Shown here in pieces: positions 7,495 through 16,011 of a DNA stretch of 20,224 bases (the stretch's first letter is position 1; the number at the start of each line of letters is the position of its first letter). The DNA comes from a virus (taxonomy: Duplodnaviria; Heunggongvirae; Uroviricota; Caudoviricetes). The notes beneath the pieces are model-generated. The model did not search any database, was not told the origin of the DNA, and saw only the letters and a list, made by a program, of their open reading frames with translations. The DNA lies in IMG/VR virus record IMGVR_UViG_2579778929_000009; one strand, 5' to 3'. Made by a program: the position numbers and the translations under genes.

Positions 7495-8316
7495 CTATCG
7501 CGTTACCCTCTTTAACTGCCGCTCCGCCCATGCCTCTTCAATGTCAAACCGAACCACCAACGTATCGTAAAAGCGTTTCACTGATTTTTTCCACGTATCA
7601 AGCGTGATAGCACTCGTCACTTTGCGTATGGCATTAAATGCCTCCGTTGATGGTAGTCTTTCACAGCCACGACCACCACAACGCTGGCAGTCTCTGATAA
7701 CAGGCATACCACGTTTTACCGACTCTTCACGATGAATGGCAACACCACGCCCACGGCAGTCTTTACAGGCAGTGGAAATCTCCCCCTTCCCTTTACATTC
7801 AGGACAAGAAACTTTCACCACCTCCCGAATTTTTTTCCATTCTTCCCAGTAAGACGGATACACACCTTTCGTACACTTTGCCCATACTGGCGGCTTGCCA
7901 TCCGGATACTGAACCTTGTTTGTAAAAACTTCGCCTTCAATAAATTTTTCCCCTCGGCAACAGGGGCACTGCTTTTTACTCGCTGCGCTGCGGGCATAAT
8001 CCTCAAAAGCGTACGAAGCCATAATGCGCATCACTACCGGTTTTATTTCTGCCGGAAGTTTTCTCAACGCCGCCACACGATCGCACCGACTGAGTGCATA
8101 ATCTGCCAGTAATTCTGTTGCCCGCGCCCTGTCATTCATACTGATGCCCATTTTCCCCAGGAACGCAGAAAACCCCATCTCAGCCCGATTCTGTGTCATG
8201 CCCTGCGCGGCCATCACATCAGTGATACTCAGCGCATCTTTCGACGTTGAGGCCGATGCATCAGTCAGGCCGGGGGATTTTGGGGAGTAGTATTTCGGTA
8301 AATCTTCCAGTTTCAT
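7495..8316 (-). CDS. Putative late antiterminator Q-like protein with DnaJ-type zinc-finger repeats
   Basis: 273 aa, located between RusA and the late promoter/terminator. The C-terminal half carries CxxCxGxG repeats (CPECKGKGE, CKDCRGRGV, CQRCGGRGC and one CPCCRGEK variant). The Q assignment is positional; the N-terminus MKLEDLPKYYSPKSP resembles my recollection of the Qin QuuQ start. Confidence 0.5.
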   Translation of the reverse strand: MKLEDLPKYYSPKSPGLTDASASTSKDALSITDVMAAQGMTQNRAEMGFSAFLGKMGISMNDRARATELLADYALSRCDRVAALRKLPAEIKPVVMRIMASYAFEDYARSAASKKQCPCCRGEKFIEGEVFTNKVQYPDGKPPVWAKCTKGVYPSYWEEWKKIREVVKVSCPECKGKGEISTACKDCRGRGVAIHREESVKRGMPVIRDCQRCGGRGCERLPSTEAFNAIRKVTSAITLDTWKKSVKRFYDTLVVRFDIEEAWAERQLKRVTR

Positions 8317-8693
8317 TTTTTGACCTGCTCTTCATGCATTATGGGGTAAATCTTCACCCCCAGACGTCCACCAGATACTGGCTGACCACGAACGATATTG
8401 ATTTCATCAAACTGCTCATCGTCCATTAGCAACCCCGCATGCGTCAGCGCATCCAGCGGCGCTTTCAGAATATTGTCCAGATCACGGCGGCGCTTATCCG
8501 GTGGTTCTGCAATAATTTTTATTGCCAACCTTCCGGACAGGCTTAATTTCAGCCGCTGCTGGCGAACAATAAGCGCCACTGCCCGGCGATAACGCTCCCC
8601 GGCTTTTGATACAAAATATGTGCTGCCACGACGACGCCAGTAAGTGTTCACCGTTGGCGGGTAAGGCAAAACAAATTCTATGCGTTCAGTCAT
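8313..8693 (-). CDS. rusA: RusA-family Holliday junction resolvase
   Basis: 126 aa. LPYPPTVNTYWRRRG and PDKRRRDLDNILKAPLDALTHAGLLMDDEQ match the RusA motifs I remember (LPWPPSNNRYY…, [20 protein letters not shown]…). Confidence 0.85.
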   Translation of the reverse strand: MTERIEFVLPYPPTVNTYWRRRGSTYFVSKAGERYRRAVALIVRQQRLKLSLSGRLAIKIIAEPPDKRRRDLDNILKAPLDALTHAGLLMDDEQFDEINIVRGQPVSGGRLGVKIYPIMHEEQVKK

Positions 8694-9752
8694 TTATGCT
8701 TTCCACTTCAGAACACCCGAATTTCTCGCGTGCATTAAAAAACGAATCAGCAACAACAGCTGGCTGCCGTGTTTTTCTTCAAAATCTTTTACCCCGGCGT
8801 GTAGTTCGCTATGGCATTTACGGCACAGCGGAATAACAAACAAATCATCAGCCTTTGTTCCCATCCCTCCCAGTCCATGACCAATGATGTGATGCGGATC
8901 ATCTGCCTGATTGCCACACGTCATGCATTTCTGCGTTTTTACCCAGCGCGTGTATACAGGCATCTCTTCCCGTTGTGATTTCTGGCGCTGGAGATACTGA
9001 GCCGGTGACTCGGGATCAACGGCAATGCTGACCACCGTCTTTTCCTGTGGTGGGTTCTGTTGCTGGTGGGCGTGAGGCAGCGGCGCAAGATTTTTTGTGC
9101 GCTGTTTCAGTATGCTGGTGGCGGTCTGCTCTCCCGGTATGATGTCGCTTTCACTGTACACAGAGCGAATTTTTTCCGCACGCAACCCCAGCGAACGACG
9201 TAATACCGCTTCCGGTAGCGCGTCCGCCACCTGATTGCGGACCGCCCACCAGGATAATTCAGCCAGAGATAATTCACGCTCCTGCGTACCGCTTATTGCG
9301 TGACCGATGACGTCAATCATCCATGCTGACAGGTTTTGATGAGCAAGTTGCCCGAGTGATTCGGATGTCTGGTCACGCAGCTGGTTGTCGCAGTGCCAGC
9401 ACAACACCATTGCGCCGGTACCATAACGGTGAATGACGGTTTCGCTGTGATGATAATCGCCGTGTGGCCACTGGCAGGATTTAATATGGCGCAACAGCCA
9501 GTCAGACAATGCACCAGCACCACCAGCAGCACGAATCACCCGTGCGTTACTGAAAAACGGCAGCAATGTTTTGTCTTCCACCAGCGGCTGGCGAGCGGCA
9601 GGAACGACCCCGGACGGCAGATTACGCATGCTTTTTGGTTCCGGCTCCACCAGTATTCTGCCGTTATGGAATGCTGACATTGATTCACGGCCTGGCTTAA
9701 CGATAACCAGACCGAGTTCCGGTACCAGAACAGATCGAAGTAATACCCGCAC
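8694..9752 (-). CDS. DUF968/YdfU-like prophage protein with a C-terminal HNH-like Cys/His cluster
   Basis: 352 aa (Qin YdfU is ~349 aa as recalled). The C-terminus has CMTCGNQADDPHHIIGHGLGG…CRKCHSELH, a CxxC…HH…CxxCH pattern. Confidence 0.65.
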   Translation of the reverse strand: MRVLLRSVLVPELGLVIVKPGRESMSAFHNGRILVEPEPKSMRNLPSGVVPAARQPLVEDKTLLPFFSNARVIRAAGGAGALSDWLLRHIKSCQWPHGDYHHSETVIHRYGTGAMVLCWHCDNQLRDQTSESLGQLAHQNLSAWMIDVIGHAISGTQERELSLAELSWWAVRNQVADALPEAVLRRSLGLRAEKIRSVYSESDIIPGEQTATSILKQRTKNLAPLPHAHQQQNPPQEKTVVSIAVDPESPAQYLQRQKSQREEMPVYTRWVKTQKCMTCGNQADDPHHIIGHGLGGMGTKADDLFVIPLCRKCHSELHAGVKDFEEKHGSQLLLLIRFLMHARNSGVLKWKA

Positions 9753-9753
9753 A

Positions 9754-10032
9754 TTACCTCCAGATCCGTTGCTGGAATGTGCGGGACGGACGCGCTGGCC
9801 GTTCTGAGTAAGGGAGCCTGACGGAGATTATCCAGTGACGGTAGTCGAGGCTAAGGGCTTTTTTAACCTCGCATCCGCGCCCGCGGTAACACTGAATGAG
9901 CCATTCAGCCTGTTCTTCGGTGCAGGGGTCGTGCTGATACCAGTCAGATTTGAATGCATGAGAACGCCGCCCGTGCCTGCTGGCAGGGGCGGCAGAGTTA
10001 TCCGAATTGTAAAATTTGGTATCGTGCGCCAT
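9754..10032 (-). CDS. Hypothetical nin-region protein (92 aa)
   Basis: ORF immediately upstream of, and probably coupled to, the DUF968 gene (stop and start 1 nt apart). No family recognised. Confidence 0.45.
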   Translation of the reverse strand: MAHDTKFYNSDNSAAPASRHGRRSHAFKSDWYQHDPCTEEQAEWLIQCYRGRGCEVKKALSLDYRHWIISVRLPYSERPARPSRTFQQRIWR

Positions 10033-10083
10033 CTGTTTTCTCTGCTGGCGCAGCAGGTGCCAGTTGTTCAGGCTGACGTATGA

Positions 10084-10111
10084 AGTATAAATAAACTGGC
10101 TCCAGTGTAAA
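10084..10111 (-). promoter_or_regulatory. Candidate sigma70 promoter on the minus strand for the nin/Q operon, at the edge of the AT-rich island
   Basis: On the minus strand: TTTACA, 16 nt spacer, TATACT, about 45 nt upstream of the 10032 start. Confidence 0.4.
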
Positions 10112-10299
10112 GCCCCACCTTAATGGAATAAAAACCAAACAACAGATTGCTGGGATAAAAATACAACGCTTATTATTAAAAGCGGTTAGATAAATTAAAT
10201 TTTAATGTTATGCAAATCTGCCAGATTAGCATAATATTTCATTTGAAAACCGCTGAAATAACAATCTTATCGGGATTAATCATATTAAGGTGAGTAAAT

Positions 10300-10386
10300 A
10301 TGGAAAACAACAAATCTGCACATTACGCTCCTTTTTTATCTGTAATACTTTTTGTATTTTGTTGTGTATGGGCGGTATTTTTATAA
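10300..10386 (+). CDS. Candidate 28 aa hydrophobic peptide (MENNKSAHYAPFLSVILFVFCCVWAVFL)
   Basis: An AAGGTGAG Shine-Dalgarno lies 5 nt upstream of the ATG. The product is a single predicted transmembrane helix. It is convergent with the protease gene and separated from it by a strong bidirectional terminator. It is too short for the six-frame track. Confidence 0.35.
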   Translation: MENNKSAHYAPFLSVILFVFCCVWAVFL

Positions 10387-10403
10387 AACACACCCACAAA
10401 TAA

Positions 10404-10436
10404 ATCAAACCCGCTACAGCGGGTTTGATTTATATA
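10404..10436. terminator. Strong bidirectional rho-independent terminator at the 3' end of the ATPase-protease operon
   Basis: atcaaacccgc - taca - gcgggtttgat: an 11 bp stem with T/A-rich flanks on both sides, 5 bp after the protease stop. Confidence 0.7.
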
Positions 10437-10440
10437 GTTG

Positions 10441-12705
10441 TTATACGGAAACTGGCACACGAGCAGGCAATGGATAGTGAGCCCAGTTATTAGCATTTAA
10501 AGCTCTTACGCCATCAGCATAAACTTGTGTTTTTCCATCTAATGATTTTAAAGTTACTACAATAGTTACAGGTAAAGGCTCCATTAAGGCCGGTTCATTC
10601 GCTCTCAACGTTGTTTTAGCTTGAAGAGCCCAGTTACCCGAAGTAATTCCTTTATTAAATGCCTTGCGATGAATTTTTACTGGTGACCACTTTCCACCAT
10701 GCTCAATTTGAGCTCTCTCATATCCAGATTGACCGTTTTCTCCTTCCATAGGTACTTTTCCTTTTATAGTATTATTCTCAATTAAGCCAAAACTTAGCTC
10801 TACGTTCGCGCGAACATATTCACTGCCGGCATTAGGGTTCAGTGGTGGTGCATATGCAGCAGTAATTACAATCTCACCTTTAAATTTTCCATTTTGAATA
10901 AGTGCCGATGGTATGGGATAGTTTTCCTTTCTCCACCTCACCCCAGGAACCAAGAATGTTTGGAAAATCAGAGTAAACCTATCATCACTATCATATAAGG
11001 TCTCAATAACCTCATTAGGAATTCCCGCTCCCAAATAGCGTCTTTCACTTGGCGAGTAATCAGGAGAAGATAATTGAGCGGAATGAATTAATAATGCTTT
11101 AATCAATGATGGTGAAACATTAAAGTCTGAATTAGTGGCTATTCTCTGCCATGTATGCGCAGCTAAACTTGCCACAATTGGAGCAGCAAAACTAGTACCA
11201 AAATTAGAGCAAAGCCTATTATCTGGCCCTACGACCTTTAAACTGCTTGCTCCTACATTCCAAGGTCTATGAACCCCACCGCCAGCATGGATTATATCTG
11301 GCTTTGGAGTAAATACAGGCCCAGGGCCACGACGAGTATATGGTGTCGGTGTTCCAATTTCACTTAAAGCATCATTAGCTTCCATATGAGAAACTGAACC
11401 AACTGTTAGTGCTCGGACTGACTCTCCAGGAGAGGAAATTAAATCAGCACCTCCAAGCGGATCAGGATTTGGCCATGTACGTATAGGTTCATCTACATAA
11501 TTACCTGCAGCAACTACAAACAAAATACCAAATTTATCGCTGAGCCGATCTAACTCCATCGCAAAATCACTAAACATCTGCTCATTACATGGTCCGCCTC
11601 CCAAAGATAAATTCCAGACTTTTATATCTGGTCTTTTATTTACAGCATCTGCTAGCCTCAGAATTAAATCTGATATATAAGATCCATTTTCATCTAAAGC
11701 ACAAACATCATGGATTTTAGATTTTGTATCAGGAATCCATGGATGATTGTCATTTAAAAAATGAGCGCCTGATATCAATGAAGACACCATAGTCCCATGT
11801 TCATAACTCGTATCAGGAGGAATTACGTATGTTTCCCTACTCACTACCCAAGGAGTAATTGTTGCCGCGATGGGGCTTACCCCAGTGTCAAATACAGCAA
11901 CAATGGGTAATTCTTCTGATGGTACGGGAAAGCTATTTGTTTCAATGCCAACAGAATCACTTACACTAACCGGGAATGCTGAATATTTTGGTTCTGGAAT
12001 TAACGTTCTTATACCCGGGTAATCAATGAGAATGTCTAATATATATCTATCATTTGGGGATAAATCCATTATCCTTAATAAGGGAAGACCACATTTTGGT
12101 CTAATCTCATCATATTTAACTCCGTGTTGTTCTAATATAGAAATAACGTTTTCATAGTTGTTGTAAGTTGCATCTTCACCTGTGTACTCAAATAGTCGTA
12201 CAAGGATGTTTGATGATTCAAACAAACCATCAGTGCCTCCTGGAACCTTCCTATTCTCATCCCAAGGTTCAATGCGCTCAATCGCGCTTAGATTAGCCAA
12301 AATCGCTTTAATATTCCGATGTAAAATGACTGACTCTAATACGTCAAAACAGCCGGCATGAGCAGCAACCAACATTTCATCTATTTTGGCATGACCGGCA
12401 TTTTGCAATCCAGCCTCTTGAGCAATTTTGTTCGGCCTATGCGTTTTGGCTATTCCCTGGTCTCTTAATTTGAAAACCAAAGTACCCAAGCTTCCAGGGT
12501 ACTCTGAAAGTTTGGATTCTAAATAATGTTTACTGGTTGTTAAATTTCTTACTAGCCCTTGTCTATATTCGGCTGTTACATCAACCAATACCTTTGCCCC
12601 ACCGCCAGCGTTTACTATTGCACCCAAGTCACTACTGGAAAAAGGGATTCTTAACATTGGGTTTGTAACTTTTGCGTTACTAAACTGTGTACCCCTTCTG
12701 CTCAT
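10441..12705 (-). CDS. S8 subtilisin-like serine protease (IetS-like) with a ~260 aa N-terminal and ~200 aa C-terminal extension
   Basis: 754 aa. Catalytic signature in canonical order: Asp (VAVFDTGV), His (YEHGTMVSS), oxyanion Asn (VVAAGNY), Ser (GTSFAAPIVAS). An AGGAG Shine-Dalgarno precedes the start; the start overlaps the ATPase gene by 26 nt. Codon usage is AT-rich. Confidence 0.8.
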   Translation of the reverse strand: MSRRGTQFSNAKVTNPMLRIPFSSSDLGAIVNAGGGAKVLVDVTAEYRQGLVRNLTTSKHYLESKLSEYPGSLGTLVFKLRDQGIAKTHRPNKIAQEAGLQNAGHAKIDEMLVAAHAGCFDVLESVILHRNIKAILANLSAIERIEPWDENRKVPGGTDGLFESSNILVRLFEYTGEDATYNNYENVISILEQHGVKYDEIRPKCGLPLLRIMDLSPNDRYILDILIDYPGIRTLIPEPKYSAFPVSVSDSVGIETNSFPVPSEELPIVAVFDTGVSPIAATITPWVVSRETYVIPPDTSYEHGTMVSSLISGAHFLNDNHPWIPDTKSKIHDVCALDENGSYISDLILRLADAVNKRPDIKVWNLSLGGGPCNEQMFSDFAMELDRLSDKFGILFVVAAGNYVDEPIRTWPNPDPLGGADLISSPGESVRALTVGSVSHMEANDALSEIGTPTPYTRRGPGPVFTPKPDIIHAGGGVHRPWNVGASSLKVVGPDNRLCSNFGTSFAAPIVASLAAHTWQRIATNSDFNVSPSLIKALLIHSAQLSSPDYSPSERRYLGAGIPNEVIETLYDSDDRFTLIFQTFLVPGVRWRKENYPIPSALIQNGKFKGEIVITAAYAPPLNPNAGSEYVRANVELSFGLIENNTIKGKVPMEGENGQSGYERAQIEHGGKWSPVKIHRKAFNKGITSGNWALQAKTTLRANEPALMEPLPVTIVVTLKSLDGKTQVYADGVRALNANNWAHYPLPARVPVSV

Positions 12706-13834
12706 ATGCTCCTGACTCCTTCAGAATGTTTGAAATTACTCTTGATGTAAGTTTGTACAAATTAGCAAGAACTCTGATAGAAAATAATTTTTTATCTTTA
12801 GAACGTAACCAACGAATTTCATCTTCGTAAGTGCTTAAATTTACACCTTCCATAAGCGATTGCGCAAGATACAAACGCCTATACAATTTATGGTGATTTA
12901 TCACACTTGCACCTTCAATAACTGCATCCCTACGTGCATCCAAGCTCACCTGTTCAATTATTGCTCCGGATAATCCCTCCGATTTTCTTGATAAATCACT
13001 TAAATCTAGATCGCTACATATCATATTCTTTAAACGATTTTTCCAAATTAACTCTCTCTGATGTATGTCAGGCAGAGGCATTGGAATTCTGAAGCTAAAT
13101 CGCCTCCAGATTGCAGGATCCAGAAGTTGCTCATGGTTAGTTGAGGCAATAATTACCGTATCCTCTGATGCCGCATCCATATTCTGCAATAGTGAAATGA
13201 CAACTCGCTGAAGCTCACCTATATCTCTCTCATTACCTCTTGCTCCAGCTAAAGCATCAAATTCGTCTAAAAAAAGCACTGATGGCCTCTGCATTACATA
13301 ATCGAAAACCTGTCTAAGATTTTTGCTGGTTTGTCCCAATAAACTACTAATCAAAGTATCGCAACGCACTGTAAGAAGTGGAAAATCTAAGCGGGTAGCG
13401 ATGTACTTAGATAACATAGTCTTACCTGTTCCTGGCTTTCCATACACGAGCATACGACTCGGCAATGCTGCATCAGCTTTAACAAACTCATCATAACGTT
13501 GAACATTAGTGATAAACTCTTCAACACGGGTACTGATTGCTGCAGGCAGAAAAATCTCTGAACTGTCTAATTTAGGATAACTGACATCAACAGTGTTGAG
13601 TCGACTATCAATATCTACCGGTAATGAGCCCAGAGATATCCCACCTCCAGCCCTTTGAGCTCCTGCCAACGCCTGGGGAGCTCTAAGCAACCTTTCTCTT
13701 ATCATTCTGGCTTGCTTGACCTCCCCTTTTTGTTCGAGCTTATCTGCCAGCAACCCAGCATAATTACTAGCCATCGAAGCATTTGCCTTTGTTGCACCTT
13801 CAATGATTTTTAACACTTCTGATAAATAATCCAT
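12680..13834 (-). CDS. AAA+ ATPase (IetA-like)
   Basis: 384 aa. Walker A GKPGTGKT, Walker B VLFLDEFD, sensor 1 IIASTNH, arginine-finger region PAIWRRF. A GGGAG Shine-Dalgarno precedes the start. First gene of a two-gene operon with the S8 protease. Confidence 0.8.
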   Translation of the reverse strand: MDYLSEVLKIIEGATKANASMASNYAGLLADKLEQKGEVKQARMIRERLLRAPQALAGAQRAGGGISLGSLPVDIDSRLNTVDVSYPKLDSSEIFLPAAISTRVEEFITNVQRYDEFVKADAALPSRMLVYGKPGTGKTMLSKYIATRLDFPLLTVRCDTLISSLLGQTSKNLRQVFDYVMQRPSVLFLDEFDALAGARGNERDIGELQRVVISLLQNMDAASEDTVIIASTNHEQLLDPAIWRRFSFRIPMPLPDIHQRELIWKNRLKNMICSDLDLSDLSRKSEGLSGAIIEQVSLDARRDAVIEGASVINHHKLYRRLYLAQSLMEGVNLSTYEDEIRWLRSKDKKLFSIRVLANLYKLTSRVISNILKESGAYEQKGYTV

Positions 13835-14027
13835 TCAACACTCCCACAACAAAAAGCCACAGCAATCAAAAAATGAGCACACAGAATCAAAATACTCTCT
13901 AATCGTAACGCATTTTGAGATTTTTGATACGTTTTTTTGGGATTATGTAACGCCAAATGGTCATTTTGTGTCAGAAAAATAAATCTTAGTACCGAGAATA
14001 TGTAGCTTCCATCCTTCATCGTTCTAT

Positions 14028-14459
14028 TCATCCCTGATCTCCAAGCCTCTCTCGAAAACCATTCTGATAAAACGCCAGCACACGCTGCATAACTTCGCTC
14101 TTCCGGCACTCGCGACAGATTATGTTCAGACGCCTGTCGTAGCGGCGTATTTCTCCGTCTGGTAATGACCAGATAAGGTCCGGATCAACCACAGATGGTT
14201 TCTTCACCTTTGCCCTGGATAGTTTTTTGCGGGCATTTTGCCAGTCCTTACGAGCCTGTTCAGACGGGAATAACCCGTAACCAGAGTTGTATACATCGCC
14301 ACTGGCAACCAGCTCTCTGGCGAGAACGCTCATCAGATATCTTGTCGCACCTGTCTTGGCTTCCAGTTGCCGTAACGTCTCGCGCCCACTCCGGCGTACT
14401 AGCTCAACAACCTGCCCTTTAATTTTTTCCCGCTCTTCTTGTGTAAATACTTTTGCCAT
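14028..14459 (-). CDS. Hypothetical protein (143 aa from the internal Met with a GGAGG Shine-Dalgarno)
   Basis: ORF with a good ribosome-binding site at the Met beginning MAKVFTQEEREKIKG; the six-frame ORF extends 5 codons further upstream. Basic C-terminus containing CRECRK. No family recognised. Confidence 0.45.
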   Translation of the reverse strand: MAKVFTQEEREKIKGQVVELVRRSGRETLRQLEAKTGATRYLMSVLARELVASGDVYNSGYGLFPSEQARKDWQNARKKLSRAKVKKPSVVDPDLIWSLPDGEIRRYDRRLNIICRECRKSEVMQRVLAFYQNGFRERLGDQG

Positions 14460-14474
14460 AAGCGCCTCCGGCAA

Positions 14475-15287
14475 TCACTTTTCCGATACAACACGGCGGG
14501 AAGAATCAGTAATCTGTCGAACAATATCCCGGTGCTTGTTCAGCTCCCGCAGCGCGGCGCAGACTCGCTCCCACTTCTGGACATGATTTTTCGCCCGACG
14601 CAGTTCGCGGTTTGCCATATGCAGTGATGGTAAAACCAGGTCATCCGCTCGCGTTTCAGTAAACGATGGCAGCGACTGCACAATGTCCGCCACAGTTTCT
14701 GTTTTAATATCTTCCTGTGTTGCAGCCTCCTGTACTGGTAACGCAACACCTGCGGTATGAGGAAAGGCCTTACCATCAGTTTCCGCTACCGATGCTGCTT
14801 TCGGCTCTGCTGGTAAATTATCGCCCGGTATGCAGTAACGAAATTTACCGCCCTGATTTACGCGAATCAGACGACCTTTGCTGATTGCCATTGCCAGCGT
14901 TGAAGCCACTTTGCGTGATGTGGTACCAAACAATGTAGCCAGCTCATCAGCCATTTGTGGTCCTCGTTGTTCAATCGTCGCGGTTAAATCGCACTCTGAG
15001 ATTTTCGCTACTGTTGCTGTGGTGATTTCTTCCGGCAGTTCTGCCTGCGCTGGCTGTTCCTGCTGAACGTTGTTATCAGCCACACGCCAGGTGTACGCGC
15101 TTTTATCAACAAAACCAGCCTTTTTCAGTTCCCATAGTTCGTTCAGCACTTCTTCACGACTGATATCAAGTCGCGCAGCAAGTTCTATGGATGTGGCTTT
15201 TCCCATTGCTTTCAGTGCGTCAAAAACAGTCTCCATTAAATTTTTCTCCCGGTAAAAATTACTTCGCAATTCCTGGCTGGACGACAT
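14475..15287 (-). CDS. Hypothetical protein with two putative winged-helix/HTH-like segments
   Basis: 270 aa; an alternative start at 15236 (METVFDAL…) is possible. Segments [30 protein letters not shown] and [28 protein letters not shown] look like DNA-binding helices. It follows the DnaC-like gene. Confidence 0.45.
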   Translation of the reverse strand: MSSSQELRSNFYREKNLMETVFDALKAMGKATSIELAARLDISREEVLNELWELKKAGFVDKSAYTWRVADNNVQQEQPAQAELPEEITTATVAKISECDLTATIEQRGPQMADELATLFGTTSRKVASTLAMAISKGRLIRVNQGGKFRYCIPGDNLPAEPKAASVAETDGKAFPHTAGVALPVQEAATQEDIKTETVADIVQSLPSFTETRADDLVLPSLHMANRELRRAKNHVQKWERVCAALRELNKHRDIVRQITDSSRRVVSEK

Positions 15288-16005
15288 TCGGACGCCAGCT
15301 CTCCCAGTTAAAATTCACCCATAGCCCGCCGTTCATGGTCATGCGATCCATAATCCGCTCGCCGAGCAATGTTTTCATGGCCTCATAGTTCAGGTTTGTC
15401 AGCATCCCCACGCTGCGCATCGACGCTGTCCGGCGATCAACAATCTGGTGCAGTACCACCTGCTCGTTTTTCGTCTCGCGCTGAATGCCAATTTCATCAA
15501 GAACCAGCAGATCCACTTCGCACAGTTCCCGCAAAAATTTTTCGCCTGACTGCCCATCGTCATAGCTGGCGTGGAGGGCACTCATAACATCAGCCACGGT
15601 AACCACAATCACTGTCTGACCGTCTTTCAGCAGGCGATTCCCGATAGCTGCTGCTAAGTGGTTCTTCCCGGTACCAGGTTTTCCGCTAAACGCGAAATTT
15701 GTGCATCCGGTCATCAGTTCATCAGCGATAGATTTCGCCTGGCTCAACGCGTATCGCTGACCGTCGTTCTGCACCTGGTAATTCGCAAACGAGCATTTAC
15801 GGTGCAACGGCTGGATGCCTGAGCGATTCAGAATTTTTTCCACCCGCAACTGGCGATTCAGGCGGTTGATCTCCTCGCTACGTTTCTGGCCTTCAGCAAG
15901 TTGCCACTCGTGCCACTCCGCTACCGTTCTGAATGGGGCGGTTACATGTGGCGGAGCCAGTCTTCGGATACGTTCAAGAACGCCGCCTGCCGCAATGTTT
16001 TTCAT
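15259..16005 (-). CDS. DnaC-like replicative helicase loader (YdaV/IstB-type AAA+ ATPase)
   Basis: 248 aa. Walker [16 protein letters not shown], Walker [10 protein letters not shown]. Located directly downstream of the O-like initiator. Confidence 0.85.
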   Translation of the reverse strand: MKNIAAGGVLERIRRLAPPHVTAPFRTVAEWHEWQLAEGQKRSEEINRLNRQLRVEKILNRSGIQPLHRKCSFANYQVQNDGQRYALSQAKSIADELMTGCTNFAFSGKPGTGKNHLAAAIGNRLLKDGQTVIVVTVADVMSALHASYDDGQSGEKFLRELCEVDLLVLDEIGIQRETKNEQVVLHQIVDRRTASMRSVGMLTNLNYEAMKTLLGERIMDRMTMNGGLWVNFNWESWRPNVVQPGIAK

Positions 16006-16011
16006 GACACG

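Noticed and set aside
7732-8112. Plus-strand 126 aa ORF and minus-strand 63 aa ORF inside the Q-like gene
   Set aside because: Both are embedded in or antisense to a longer ORF with a coherent domain structure.
10300-10386. Whether the 28 aa peptide is a Hok/Gef-family toxin
   Set aside because: No similarity to the Hok sequence I remember and much shorter; kept only as a generic candidate small membrane peptide.
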